In this document: positions 1 through 9,717 of the stretch, one piece after another
How positions within the stretch are numbered: the first letter of the stretch is position 1
How the letters are laid out: each line of letters begins with the position of its first letter
Source of the DNA: a bacterium
GTDB lineage: Bacteria; Verrucomicrobiota; Verrucomicrobiia; Chthoniobacterales; UBA6821
Length of the DNA stretch: 64,000 bases
Assembly: GCA_037130175.1 (NCBI GenBank)
Contig: JBAXTN010000007.1
Location: 15,946 to 79,945, forward strand
Direction: 5' to 3'
Notes under the pieces: generated by a model
Told to the model about the DNA's origin: nothing
The model's input: the letters and a program-made list of their open reading frames with translations, nothing else
Databases searched by the model: none
Position numbers and translations under genes: made by a program

Positions 1-211
1 TGGAGGGAGGGGCTGCCCCTCGCAGATTAGGCAGGTTGTCACCGAATGTCCCCGAGACAATGCCCATTCGAGCAGCGCACCAGGGCCATCAAGGGGATCG
101 TGTTGAAGGAAAAGAAGACGCATGTTGAAAATGTTACATTTTTGTAGCAAACCGTGTGCCTCGTTGACACATCGGGTGAGTCAGGAGATACTACCCGGCT
201 ACACAAAAACC

Positions 212-2041
212 ATGGATAAAATTCGCAATATCGCCATCATCGCCCATGTTGACCACGGGAAGACCACCCTCGTTGACCAGCTCCTGAAGCAGTCGGGCAC
301 TTTCCGAGCCAACGAGGCCAAGGCCACAGAGATCTGTATCATGGATTCCATGGATCTTGAGAGGGAGAAAGGGATCACTATCAAGGCCAAGAACGCCGCC
401 TTCCAGTGGCACGAATACCATGTCAATATCGTGGACACTCCGGGCCACGCCGATTTCGGTGGCGAGGTCGAGCGCATTATGAAGATGGTCGATGGCGTAC
501 TTCTTGTCGTGGACGCCTTTGGCGGTCCCCAGGCACAGACCAAGTTCGTGCTCAAGAAGGCACTGGAAAACGGCCTCAAGCCGATCGTTGTCATCAACAA
601 GATTGACCGTGACAATGCCGATCCGCACAAAGTGCTCGACATGGTCTTCGAGCTTTTCCTTGAGTTGCATGCCTCTGACGAGCAGCTCGACTTTCCCGTT
701 GTCTATGCCAGTGCCAAGCAGGGCTTTGCCAAGAAGGAAATTGACCAGGAGAGCACCAATATGGAGCCACTATACGAGGCAATCGTGAAGTATATCCCCG
801 CTCCGAAAACCTCGGATGTCCCCTATTTTCAGATGCTCGTTTCCAACCTCGACTACAGTGATTACCTTGGTCGTATCGCCTTCGGACGCATTATCAGCGG
901 CAAGGTCAAGATGGGTGAGCAGGTTGTTGCCATCCATAAGAATGGGCAGAAAGAGAAAAAAGCTGTCACGGCGATCTTTGGACACAAGGGACTTCAGAAA
1001 ATCGAGCTTCAGGAAGCCAGTGCCGGCGACATCGTCGGTATCTGTGGTTTCGAGGATGTTTTCATCGGGGAAACCATCACCGATAATGACACCCGCGAAC
1101 CCCTATCCTTCATCGACATTGATCCTCCGACCATCACGATGAAGATCTGTATCAATGACGGCCCGCTTGTCGGCAAGGAGGGTAAACTCGTCACAGCCCG
1201 GCAGATCAAGGAGCGCCTCATTCGTGAGACCCGAACCAATGTCTCCATTGAGGTCAAAGAGACCGAGTTGGCCGGACACTTTCAGATCAAGGCACGCGGA
1301 GAGATGCAGATCGCTGTCATCGTGGAGCAGATGCGCCGAGAAGGCTTCGAGTTGCTCGTTTCCCGACCCGAGGTCATCTATAAACGGGGTGAGGATGGTA
1401 AGCTTCTGGAGCCGATCGAGACTGTTTATGTTGATGTGCCGCCCGACAACCTCGGCGACATTCTTCAGAGCCTCGCAGGACGCAAGGCTGAGATTGTGAA
1501 CATGGATCACAAGCCAAAGAGCGTGACTGTCCAGGCCGAGGCTCCGACCCGCGGACTCATCGGATTTGAAACCGATCTCGTCAACCTGACCAAAGGAAGC
1601 GGCATCATGTCCCACATCTTCAAGGAGTATGCGGAGTTCAAAGGTGAGATTCCGACCCGTAACAACGGGGTTTTGATCGCCATGGAAGCCGGTGTCGCCA
1701 TGGCCTACTCCATGGAGAAAATTCAGGAACGCGGCCGTCTCTTCGTCTCTCCTCAGGATGATGTCTATGTCGGTATGATCGTGGGGGAGAACTCCCGAGC
1801 CGATGACATGCCGGTCAATGTCTGCAAGGCCAAAACGCTCAATAACATGCGAAGCACCGGTGACGGTAAGGGCGTCTCCCTCTCTCCTCCTCTCAAGATG
1901 AGTCTCGAGCGTTCTCTTGAGTACATTGCCCCCGACGAGTATGTCGAGGTGACACCCCTGACGATTCGACTCCGCAAGAAGTTCCTCGATGCCACAGCCC
2001 GCAAACGAGCCAGCTCGACACCGGTCATCGCAGAGGATTAA
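212..2041 (+). CDS. typA: Translational GTPase TypA/BipA
   Basis: ORF 122..2041 carries G-domain motifs AHVDHGKTT, DTPGHADF and NKID, with BipA-like architecture over its full length. Start placed at ATG 212 (MDKIRNIAIIAHVDHGKT); the 30 upstream codons look like read-through. Confidence 0.95.
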   Translation: MDKIRNIAIIAHVDHGKTTLVDQLLKQSGTFRANEAKATEICIMDSMDLEREKGITIKAKNAAFQWHEYHVNIVDTPGHADFGGEVERIMKMVDGVLLVVDAFGGPQAQTKFVLKKALENGLKPIVVINKIDRDNADPHKVLDMVFELFLELHASDEQLDFPVVYASAKQGFAKKEIDQESTNMEPLYEAIVKYIPAPKTSDVPYFQMLVSNLDYSDYLGRIAFGRIISGKVKMGEQVVAIHKNGQKEKKAVTAIFGHKGLQKIELQEASAGDIVGICGFEDVFIGETITDNDTREPLSFIDIDPPTITMKICINDGPLVGKEGKLVTARQIKERLIRETRTNVSIEVKETELAGHFQIKARGEMQIAVIVEQMRREGFELLVSRPEVIYKRGEDGKLLEPIETVYVDVPPDNLGDILQSLAGRKAEIVNMDHKPKSVTVQAEAPTRGLIGFETDLVNLTKGSGIMSHIFKEYAEFKGEIPTRNNGVLIAMEAGVAMAYSMEKIQERGRLFVSPQDDVYVGMIVGENSRADDMPVNVCKAKTLNNMRSTGDGKGVSLSPPLKMSLERSLEYIAPDEYVEVTPLTIRLRKKFLDATARKRASSTPVIAED

Positions 2042-2160
2042 CATCTGTGGAAGACTGTTAAGCTGCAGGCTATTGGACTGGTGGAAAAAAGATGCGAAAT
2101 CCATCCAACCTAATACCCTATTAGGCTAAACCGCTAAAAACCTTCTATCTTTTTCTCCCC

Positions 2161-2892
2161 ATGGGTCGTCAATGGCTCCTCGCCAAACGCGAGGTCAATT
2201 CACTCAAGAAATCCAAGGCTACTGGAAAATTCGTCCGGGAGATCACCATTGCCGCGCGTCAGGGGGGAGCTGACCCCGAGTCAAATTCTCGCCTCTTTGC
2301 CGCGTTGGAAAAGGCGCGCGCGGAGAGCGTATCCAAGGATGTCATAGACCGCGCCATCAACAAGGGAGCCGGCATTGGTGGTGAAAAGGCCGTCATCGAT
2401 CACATCGTGTTCGAAGGCTATGCACCGCACAAAATCCCGGTGATCGTCGAGGTCTATACCGACAATACCAACCGGACAACTCCTGAAATCCGCGTCCTCT
2501 TCCGAGACGGGCAGCTCGGCACACCTGGCAGTAACAAGTTCCTCTTTGATCATGTCGGACTTGTGGAAGCCTATACGGAGAAAGCAGGAGTGGATATTGA
2601 GGAAGCCGCCATCGAGGCCGGGGCTGACGAGGTGGAATCGTTGACCCACGATCAGAACGACGACATCCCTGCCGACAAGACGGGTGCGCGGTTCATGACC
2701 GACCGTACAGCCACGGCAGCTGTTACGACATGGCTAAAGGATAACGGATGGAAAGTCGTGACTAGCGAACTTGGCTATGTGGCCAAGACTTATCCTGAAC
2801 TGAGCGACGAACACCGCGCCAAGGCTGGGGAGTTTTTACAGGCGCTTGAAGAGCACGATGATGTCCATAGAGTTTGGACCGCGATCAAATAA
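2161..2892 (+). CDS. yebC: YebC/PmpR-family transcriptional regulator-like protein (divergent N-terminus)
   Basis: 243 aa. Family-typical segments include KFVREITIAARQGGADPESNSRL, ALEKARAESVSKDVIDRAI and FEGYAPHKIPVIVEV. Confidence 0.88.
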   Translation: MGRQWLLAKREVNSLKKSKATGKFVREITIAARQGGADPESNSRLFAALEKARAESVSKDVIDRAINKGAGIGGEKAVIDHIVFEGYAPHKIPVIVEVYTDNTNRTTPEIRVLFRDGQLGTPGSNKFLFDHVGLVEAYTEKAGVDIEEAAIEAGADEVESLTHDQNDDIPADKTGARFMTDRTATAAVTTWLKDNGWKVVTSELGYVAKTYPELSDEHRAKAGEFLQALEEHDDVHRVWTAIK

Positions 2893-2916
2893 CTCCGGCA
2901 GGTCTTTTAACGTGGT

Positions 2917-2959
2917 GCGGTGTTGCTGCTAGCTCGGCGTAGGACTACTACGCCGCTAG
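2917..2959. repeat. REP-like GC-rich hairpin repeat, copy A (GGCGTAG-GACTA-CTACGCC core flanked by CTAG/CTAG)
   Basis: Lies between the convergent stop codons at 2892 and 2971. Positions 2917..2948 match 61205..61236 at 28/32 by manual alignment. Confidence 0.55.
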
Positions 2960-2970
2960 TCATATCCTCG

Positions 2971-3429
2971 TCACTCCGGATCAAGTTTCTGACTTTCCAT
3001 CGATTTGAGGACTTCGGACATATCCTCGACCTCGTTCCAGACTTCGAGGGTGATATAGATCGGTGCATTTTGAAGCGAAGCCATGGCCAGACAGTCGCTT
3101 GGCCTGGCGTCCAGTTCGAGGAGTTTGCGTTGCTGGAGTTCGTTTTCGACGCTGATGATCATCCTTCCATAGTAGGTAGCACCCTTGAGATCGTTGATGA
3201 TCACCCGGTCAACTTTGGCACCAAGACCAGTGAGCATCATTCCCATGAGGTCATGCGTGAGGGGGCGTTCGTGCTTCTCACCATTTAAAAGTTGGTTGAT
3301 CGAATTTCCAACTAGCGGATCGATGTAGATCACAAAGACCTTCTCTTCGTCCCCTAGAAAAAGTGCACAACCGTTGGTTGTGGGAATGACGGCCCTGATC
3401 ACGATGGGCAAGACCTCTTTGGTGTTCAT
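2971..3429 (-). CDS. Bifunctional nuclease (BFN/DUF151) domain protein
   Basis: ORF 2971..3654, trimmed to ATG 3429 (MNTKEVLPIVIRAV...). Family-like segments are RPLTHDLM and LELDARPSDCLAMA. The trimmed start leaves an 8-nt gap to the upstream gene. Confidence 0.8.
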   Translation of the reverse strand: MNTKEVLPIVIRAVIPTTNGCALFLGDEEKVFVIYIDPLVGNSINQLLNGEKHERPLTHDLMGMMLTGLGAKVDRVIINDLKGATYYGRMIISVENELQQRKLLELDARPSDCLAMASLQNAPIYITLEVWNEVEDMSEVLKSMESQKLDPE

Positions 3430-3437
3430 TGTTTCAA

Positions 3438-4064
3438 CTATGCAGCAGAATTTGTGTTCTGAAAGTCCGGGTGTGTGATGCCCCTCTTTTTGTATTCTTC
3501 CGCCAGCACCAGATAATGATCGGCCCACATGCCCAGTCCCTCCTGTTCCTCTGCGGAAAGCGAGCGGACGATACGCCCGGGAGAGCCGACCACCATGGAG
3601 CCCGGTGGGATCACCGCGTTCATCAGGATCGTGGCATGAGCCCCGATCAGGCATCTTTCCCCGATCACAGCGCCGTCCAGAATAATGGCTCCCATGCCGA
3701 TCAGCGACTCATCGCCGATCGTGCAGGCATGAACGATCGCACTGTGTCCTATTGTCACACGTCGTCCAATAGTGGCACCGAGATTAGTGCCGACATGAAC
3801 CACTGCGTTGTCCTGAACATTGCTTTGTTCTCCGATGACGATGGGCGCTATATCCCCGCGCAATGAGGCTCCAGGCCAGATATTAGCTTGTGCGGCAATA
3901 CATACGGATCCTGACAAAAATGCACCAGGAGCCACGAATGCAGCACTGTCCACGATCGGTCTACAGGCGAGATATCCACCCACTATTTTTGAAAAATAGG
4001 CCAGATGATCGGGATGATGGAGACGGGATGGATCGTTTGGATTGGCGGCGGGTTCAGTACTCAT
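3438..4064 (-). CDS. Gamma-class carbonic anhydrase-like / hexapeptide-repeat (LbH) protein
   Basis: 208 aa with repeated hexapeptide pattern (IGEQSNVQDNAVVH, IGRRVTIGHSAIVH, IGDESLIGMGAIIL, IGERCLIGAHATIL) and a C-terminal helix, as in the YrdA/PaaY family. Confidence 0.87.
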   Translation of the reverse strand: MSTEPAANPNDPSRLHHPDHLAYFSKIVGGYLACRPIVDSAAFVAPGAFLSGSVCIAAQANIWPGASLRGDIAPIVIGEQSNVQDNAVVHVGTNLGATIGRRVTIGHSAIVHACTIGDESLIGMGAIILDGAVIGERCLIGAHATILMNAVIPPGSMVVGSPGRIVRSLSAEEQEGLGMWADHYLVLAEEYKKRGITHPDFQNTNSAA

Positions 4065-4174
4065 GAGGATTTTTTTAAAAAGAATTCGAGAATGGGTGTT
4101 GACAGCAAGGCTGGGTTTTTCTTTGGATCACCACTGTCACAAGACACAACAAACAACCCAAAACAAAAAAATCC

Positions 4175-4453
4175 ATGAGCAGCAAACTCCAACTCGTTGA
4201 AGCCGTCCAGAAATCACTCGGCAAAGATACCAGCAAGGCCCACGCAGAAAAGGTCGTTGCCGCAGTCATCGACGGAATCAAATCCAATGTCAAAAAGAGC
4301 AAGTCTCTTCAACTGATCGGATTTGGTACCTTCAAACTTGTCAACCGCAAGGCCCGCACCGGCATCAATCCCAAGACCGGCGAGAAGATCAAGATCAAGG
4401 CCTCCAAGAGCGTTCGCTTCACCCCAGGTAAGGCTTTCAAAGAGATTCTGTAA
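4175..4453 (+). CDS. hup: HU-family DNA-binding protein
   Basis: 92 aa containing GFGTFKLVNRKARTGINPKTGEKIKIKASKSVRFTPGKAFK, the canonical HU arm. Confidence 0.94.
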   Translation: MSSKLQLVEAVQKSLGKDTSKAHAEKVVAAVIDGIKSNVKKSKSLQLIGFGTFKLVNRKARTGINPKTGEKIKIKASKSVRFTPGKAFKEIL

Positions 4454-4476
4454 TCTCTCAGGGTTTCCCCCCACCC

Positions 4477-4520
4477 GAGAAAACCCGTTTTGCCAATTGG
4501 CAAAACGGGTTTTCTCATTT
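4477..4520 (+). terminator. Strong hairpin terminator after the HU gene
   Basis: Perfect 40-nt palindrome GAGAAAACCCGTTTTGCCAATTGGCAAAACGGGTTTTCTC followed by ATTT. The T-tract is short. Confidence 0.7.
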
Positions 4521-4564
4521 CACACCTTTATTTCCCCATTTCTTTTGGGTAGTTTGAATCCCTT

Positions 4565-5554
4565 ATGAAAAAACCACTCGTTGTTTCAGTCACAGGGGCG
4601 GCAGGTCAAATCGGTTATTCCCTCCTCCCGCGCATTGCATCAGGGCAGGTCTTTGGTCCTGATCAGCCTGTTTCCCTTCGCCTCATCGAAATTGAACCCG
4701 GCATGAAAGCCCTTGCTGGGGTTGTCATGGAACTGAATGACTGCGCCTTTCCGCTCCTGGAGTCAATCGAGGCCACCGCCGATCTCGATGTCGGCTTTGA
4801 CGGTGCAAACTGGGCGCTGCTCGTGGGCAGCGTCCCCCGTAAGGCCGGTATGGAGCGCAAGGATCTTCTTGGTATTAACGGCAAGATCTTTATCGGACAG
4901 GGGCAGGCCATCGAGCGCAATGCTTCTGATGATATCCGTGTGCTCGTCGTGGGGAATCCCTGCAACACCAACTGTCTCATCGCGATGAACAACGCCCGCT
5001 CGATTCCGGCGGATCGCTGGTTTGCCATGACCCGTCTGGATGAGAACCGGGCCAAGAGCGCACTCGCGGAAAAGGCAGGCGTTCACAACCGTGATATCAC
5101 CAAGTTGGCGATCTGGGGCAATCACTCCAGCACTCTCTATCCTGATTTTGAGAATGCTCTGATCAACGGCGATCCTGTCAGTAAGTTTATTCCCGAACGA
5201 GCCTGGCTCGAAGGCGATTTCATCAAGAATGTCCAACAACGCGGTGCGGCGATCATCGCTGCCCGCGGGCTCTCCTCGGCCAAGTCTGCCGCCCATGCGG
5301 CCATTGAGACCGTGCAGGCGCTTCGTGAGGCAACTCCCGCTGATGACTGGCACAGTGTGGCCCTGGCCTCTGATGGCTCCTACGGTGTCGAGAAGGGGCT
5401 TATCTGCTCCTTCCCAACCCGTTCCAAGGGGGATGGCTGTGCGAGTATCGTCCAGGGTGTCGATCTTGGTGACTTCGGTCGGGCAAAGTTCCAACTGAGT
5501 GTTAACGAACTCCTCGAAGAGAAGGCGATGGTTTCCGAACTGCTTCCTCAATAA
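4565..5554 (+). CDS. mdh: Malate dehydrogenase (LDH-like, long form)
   Basis: 329 aa. N-terminal Rossmann motif [13 protein letters not shown], plus VVGNPCNTN and [12 protein letters not shown]. Confidence 0.93.
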   Translation: MKKPLVVSVTGAAGQIGYSLLPRIASGQVFGPDQPVSLRLIEIEPGMKALAGVVMELNDCAFPLLESIEATADLDVGFDGANWALLVGSVPRKAGMERKDLLGINGKIFIGQGQAIERNASDDIRVLVVGNPCNTNCLIAMNNARSIPADRWFAMTRLDENRAKSALAEKAGVHNRDITKLAIWGNHSSTLYPDFENALINGDPVSKFIPERAWLEGDFIKNVQQRGAAIIAARGLSSAKSAAHAAIETVQALREATPADDWHSVALASDGSYGVEKGLICSFPTRSKGDGCASIVQGVDLGDFGRAKFQLSVNELLEEKAMVSELLPQ

Positions 5555-6969
5555 TGAGCCATGATATTCCTGCGGGTGATCCCGCTATCTACCGATCCGA
5601 AACCGATAGCATGGGGGCCATTCCGGTTCCCCATGATCGATACTACGGTGCCCAGACCGCTCGCTCCCTGATTCACTTCGACATCGGTAACGACACCAAG
5701 CCGCCCGAGCTGATCAAGGCTCTTGGACAGCTTAAGAAAGCCTGTGCGTTGTCAAACCATGACCTAGGCAAACTCTCCGCCGAAAAGGCCGATCTCATCA
5801 GCCGCGCCGCCGACGAAGTGATCGCCGGGAAGTTGAATGAGCATTTTCCCTTGCGCATCTGGCAGACAGGCAGCGGTACCCAGAGCAACATGAATGCCAA
5901 CGAAGTTATCTCAAACCGTGCCATTGAAATGGCAGGTGGTGTGCTCGGCTCCAAAACGCCGATACATCCCAACGATGATGTGAACATGTCACAGTCTTCC
6001 AATGACACCTTCCCAACAGCGATGAATATCGCTGCAGTGACAGTGCTCATGGAAAGGTTGATTCCGGCAATCAGGGAACTCCGTGATGCCCTTGATGCCA
6101 AGGCGGTTGAATACGCGGAGATCGTGAAGATTGGGCGGACGCATCTTCAGGATGCAACTCCCCTGACTCTTGGACAGGAGTTCTCCGGCTATGTGGCGAT
6201 GCTCGATGCCGATCTAGCCAGAATTAAGGAAAGCCTTCCGGGTCTGGAATCCCTTGCCATCGGCGGGACGGCGGTTGGAACCGGGCTCAATGCCCATCCC
6301 AAATTCGGTGACACGGCGGCGGCACACATTGCCAAACTGACCGGGTATCCGTTTGTTTCCGCACCCAACAAATTTGCAGCCCTCTCCTCCCATGGGGAGT
6401 TTGTCTTTGCGAGCGGGGCACTCAAGTCGCTAGCCACCTCACTGATGAAGATCGCCAACGATCTCCGATGGCTGGCCTCCGGCCCACGATGCGGATTGGG
6501 GGAGCTTTCACTTCCTGAGAACGAACCTGGTTCCTCAATTATGCCAGGCAAGGTCAATCCAACCCAGTGTGAATCCGTCACAATGGTGGCCGTTCAGGTC
6601 ATGGGCAATGATGCTGCTATCGGGATGGCGGCATCCCAGGGAAATTTTGAACTGAATGTCTTTAAGCCTGTCATCATTCATAATTTCCTTCACTCGGTGC
6701 GACTCCTCTCCGATTCCGCCCGCTCCTTCACAGAGCACTGTATTGTCGGTATTGAGGTGAACCGCGATAAGATCGCTGACTATGTGAAAAACTCCCTCAT
6801 GCTTGTGACCGCTCTCAATCCCCACATCGGTTACGACAATGCTGCCAAGATCGCCAAAAAAGCCCACAAGGAGAAAACCAGTTTAAAAGAGGCTGCCATC
6901 GCTCTTGGGTTGCTGACTTCGGAGCAGTTTGACAGCTGGGTGATTGCGCGAGAAATGACTCAGTCCTGA
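5554..6969 (+). CDS. fumC: Class II fumarate hydratase
   Basis: 471 aa with the signature [15 protein letters not shown]. The ATG overlaps the mdh stop codon (TAATG at 5552..5556). Confidence 0.96.
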   Translation: MSHDIPAGDPAIYRSETDSMGAIPVPHDRYYGAQTARSLIHFDIGNDTKPPELIKALGQLKKACALSNHDLGKLSAEKADLISRAADEVIAGKLNEHFPLRIWQTGSGTQSNMNANEVISNRAIEMAGGVLGSKTPIHPNDDVNMSQSSNDTFPTAMNIAAVTVLMERLIPAIRELRDALDAKAVEYAEIVKIGRTHLQDATPLTLGQEFSGYVAMLDADLARIKESLPGLESLAIGGTAVGTGLNAHPKFGDTAAAHIAKLTGYPFVSAPNKFAALSSHGEFVFASGALKSLATSLMKIANDLRWLASGPRCGLGELSLPENEPGSSIMPGKVNPTQCESVTMVAVQVMGNDAAIGMAASQGNFELNVFKPVIIHNFLHSVRLLSDSARSFTEHCIVGIEVNRDKIADYVKNSLMLVTALNPHIGYDNAAKIAKKAHKEKTSLKEAAIALGLLTSEQFDSWVIAREMTQS

Positions 6970-6991
6970 GCACAAATCGCTCTAATACACG

Positions 6992-7027
6992 GCTCGGTAG
7001 ATCGGCAGATACCCGCCGCTACCGAGC
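6992..7027. terminator. Hairpin between convergent fumC and nuoD (possible bidirectional terminator / REP-like family member)
   Basis: A 9-bp stem, GCTCGGTAG...CTACCGAGC, with an 18-nt loop. It shares the CTCGG-GTAG and CGCCGCTA strings with the repeat at 2917..2959. No U-tract. Confidence 0.4.
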
Positions 7028-7147
7028 TGTGGGGATGTGGCTTTGGAGGTATCATGGGAAACACCCACGGAAATCGTACTGCGGTTAATAATCACTGGCG
7101 CAAACGGAGTGGTTGCCCTTGAACCATACTCCGCTCTTCTTAAGTCA

Positions 7148-8416
7148 TTAACGGTCACACTCGCCGAAGACCATGTCCACGCTACCAAGAATGGCGACGA
7201 TGTCGCTGAGCATGTGGCCCGGGATCAGTTTTGGAAGGATGCTGAGATTGACGAAGGAGGGGGCGCGGATTTTCAGGCGGTGAGGAACTCCTCCCCCCTT
7301 GCTGTTGATGTAGAATCCAAGTTCACCCTTGGGATTCTCCGCGCCGAAATAGATTTCTCCAGCAGGGGCATCGACTCCTTCCGTGGTGATGATGAAATGG
7401 TGGATGAGTTGCTCCATGCTCTGGAGTACTTCCTCCTTTTCAGGAAGGCGATTCTTTCCATCGGCGACATTCACGGGGCCTGAGGGCAGGTTATCTATCG
7501 CCTGACGGAGGATGCGGAGACTCTGGCGCATCTCCTCGACGCGAACAAGATAACGATCGAAGCAGTCTCCTACAGTTCCAATAGGAATCTCGAAGTCATA
7601 TTTTTCGTAGTCGAGATAGGGGTTGGCTTTGCGAACATCATGATTCACTCCCGAGCCACGGAGCATCGGTCCAGTGAGCCCGTACGCGATGGCATCTTCC
7701 TTTGAGATGATTCCAATGTCGCGGGTGCGTCCGATAAAGATCGGATTGCGTGTCATGAGTTTGTCAATCTCGTTGAGTGCTGTGGGGAAGGTATCCAGAA
7801 ACTCGCGCAGCATTGCCGGGAATTTCTCGGGAAGATCACGAACCTGTCCGCCGACGCGGGTGTAGCTGGTGGTGAAGCGGGCACCGGTGAGGAGTTCGCA
7901 AAGATTATAGATCTTTTCGCGCTCGGTGAAGGCATACATGAAGACGGAGATCGCCCCGATATCCATGGACCCGCATCCGATTCCCAAGAGGTGGGCCGAG
8001 ATTCGCGCCAGTTCGCAGCAGATTACTCGAATGGCCTTGCCCCTGGGGGGTAGTTCCCAACCCATTAGCTTTTCCACAGCAAGCGCGTAGGCGACATTGT
8101 TGGCAAGAGGTGCGAGATAATCGAGTCGGTCTGTGTAAGGGACGAACTGATTGTACTGCATGTTCTCGGCGATCTTCTCGTCCCCTCGGTGCAGATAGCC
8201 GATGTCAGGCGTGGCCTTGGTGACGATTTCTCCGTCAAGTTCCAGCAGGAGCCTCAGCACTCCGTGCGTTGAGGGGTGTGAAGGCCCCATGTTCAGCGTC
8301 ATGGTTTCACCAAGAAGCTCGCTGGCGGGAAGATGGGCAGCATTGGCCGGATCCTGCAATGCCTGTTGGGTGCGGCCCAGTGTGTCGGGGACTTCGAAAA
8401 GGGTGCTCGTGCTCAC
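7148..8416 (-). CDS. nuoD: NADH-quinone oxidoreductase subunit D (49-kDa subunit)
   Basis: 422 aa. Contains NMGPSHPSTHGVLRL near the N-terminus and ends in the typical DMVFGECDR. No other nuo genes are in the window. Confidence 0.92.
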   Translation of the reverse strand: MSTSTLFEVPDTLGRTQQALQDPANAAHLPASELLGETMTLNMGPSHPSTHGVLRLLLELDGEIVTKATPDIGYLHRGDEKIAENMQYNQFVPYTDRLDYLAPLANNVAYALAVEKLMGWELPPRGKAIRVICCELARISAHLLGIGCGSMDIGAISVFMYAFTEREKIYNLCELLTGARFTTSYTRVGGQVRDLPEKFPAMLREFLDTFPTALNEIDKLMTRNPIFIGRTRDIGIISKEDAIAYGLTGPMLRGSGVNHDVRKANPYLDYEKYDFEIPIGTVGDCFDRYLVRVEEMRQSLRILRQAIDNLPSGPVNVADGKNRLPEKEEVLQSMEQLIHHFIITTEGVDAPAGEIYFGAENPKGELGFYINSKGGGVPHRLKIRAPSFVNLSILPKLIPGHMLSDIVAILGSVDMVFGECDR

Positions 8417-8489
8417 GGATCGGAATTAAACAGGATGACGGGACTTAGGGCCAGCTTTCTTGAAACCAAAAGGAGTTTTTGAAAAAAAT

Positions 8490-8562
8490 TAGGGGCACTT
8501 GGATTTGAACCAAGGACCAACCAGTTATGAGCCGGCTGCTCTAACCGCTGAGCTATACCCCC
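8490..8562 (-). tRNA. tRNA with CAT anticodon (elongator Met, or Ile2 if lysidine-modified)
   Basis: The minus-strand sequence GGGGGTATAGCTCAGCGGTTAGAGCAGCCGGCTCATAACTGGTTGGTCCTTGGTTCAAATCCAAGTGCCCCTA folds into a cloverleaf. It has a 7-bp acceptor stem, D arm GCTC/GAGC, anticodon loop CTCATAA and T arm CTTGG-TTCAAAT-CCAAG. CCA is not encoded, and the anticodon stem lacks the initiator-type triple G-C. Confidence 0.88.
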
Positions 8563-8619
8563 GTGCAGAGAGGGGTGAATGTACCCGCAATGATGGGCAA
8601 AGGTCATGCCCAAAATGTG

Positions 8620-9717
8620 CTAACGGGCAGATTCTCCCACCAAGCTGACCGGTGGAACCGGTGATGCGGATCCTATGTCTTCATCCGGCAAGGGGCGTTC
8701 TCCGCAATGAAGGACAAGTCGCTGAGTCGTTCCCTCCCTCACGAGCGTGACTTGGAGAGGCTCTCCGGCACTCAGATAGAAGGAAGCATCGAGAACATCG
8801 TCAGGTGTGTGAATGGCATGGCTTCCCAAGGTGAGAAGTGTGTCTCCGGGGCGGATGCCCGCACTTTCGGCAGGACTCCCAGGCACGACTGAGACAACGC
8901 GCGTCCTGGAATTCTTTTGCGGAACAGCTGCAAGCTCGACAACCGCTCCAACCCAGCCGGGATTGATGCCTCCGTAGCGCAGCAGATTATGGTGAAGCTG
9001 TTCGATTGCCGAGGAGGGAAGTACGGTGCAGGTGCCCAGCTGGGTATTGCCTGAAATGACGATTCCCAGAAGGTTGCCATTGAGATCGAGTACGGGTGAT
9101 CCCCCTTCTCCCTCGCTGAGCGGTATGCTTGCCGTGAGATGCGTGACGCAGTAGTAGGCATCATCCTCGTGATTCTTACTTCCTGTGATCATGCCTAGAA
9201 CAGGAGTCGCCTGTTGTTCCCTTGGATAACCGATGCTTACCACCGGCGTGAGTGCGGGGGCGTTGCTGATCGGCAGGGGAGGGAGGAAGGCTGCCGAGTC
9301 CTTTGCTGAGCTGATTTTCAAAAAAGCCACGCCACTGCGCGGGTCGATGGCCGTGAGCGTTGCAGGAAAGGTTTGTCTGGCTTGCTCCACCACGATGTCC
9401 TGTGCTCCTCGAACGATCTCAGCGAGTGTGATGATCGTGCCTGTGGGATCAATGGAAAATCCTGTTCCCACGATTTCTCCATTGCCATCATGGCAACGGA
9501 TGCGAACAACGGAGGTGGATCGATCTCGTGAGATCGTCCTGATCGACTCGGAGACTTTGGCCGAGAGTCCTGATGAAGCACTGAGATGCTGCTCACCTCG
9601 TCCTGCGGCGCAAAGTGTGCCGGGCAGCAGCATGAGCGAAAAGACGGCACATAACGCGATGTCTCGATTTTCCCTGCGGAAATAGAAGGATCGATTAAAA
9701 ACTAAGCGGCGATTCAT
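8620..9717 (-). CDS. Secreted HtrA/DegS-like trypsin-fold protein with C-terminal PDZ; catalytic triad apparently substituted (pseudo-protease)
   Basis: ORF 8620..9774; start placed at ATG 9717 (MNRRLVFNRS... followed by a signal peptide). HtrA-like blocks are GTGFSIDPTGTIIT, VAFLKI and NLLGIV, and the PDZ block is GSPAESAGIRPGDTLLTLG. The triad motifs read TLAEIV, SGVAFLKI and GEGGSP instead of TNxHV, TDLAVLKI and GNSGGP. Confidence 0.85.
   Translation of the reverse strand: MNRRLVFNRSFYFRRENRDIALCAVFSLMLLPGTLCAAGRGEQHLSASSGLSAKVSESIRTISRDRSTSVVRIRCHDGNGEIVGTGFSIDPTGTIITLAEIVRGAQDIVVEQARQTFPATLTAIDPRSGVAFLKISSAKDSAAFLPPLPISNAPALTPVVSIGYPREQQATPVLGMITGSKNHEDDAYYCVTHLTASIPLSEGEGGSPVLDLNGNLLGIVISGNTQLGTCTVLPSSAIEQLHHNLLRYGGINPGWVGAVVELAAVPQKNSRTRVVSVVPGSPAESAGIRPGDTLLTLGSHAIHTPDDVLDASFYLSAGEPLQVTLVREGTTQRLVLHCGERPLPDEDIGSASPVPPVSLVGESAR

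Noticed and set aside
1103-2104. A 333-aa ORF antisense to typA.
   Set aside because: It lies entirely within the strongly supported typA gene on the opposite strand. Its composition is low-complexity and Arg/Gly/Asp-rich, as is typical of shadow ORFs in G+C-rich coding DNA, and it has no recognisable domain.
8490-8562. The tRNA as an integration site for a genomic island.
   Set aside because: There is no integrase, no direct repeat of the tRNA 3' end and no mobile genes on either side. The flanking genes are a sigma operon and nuoD.
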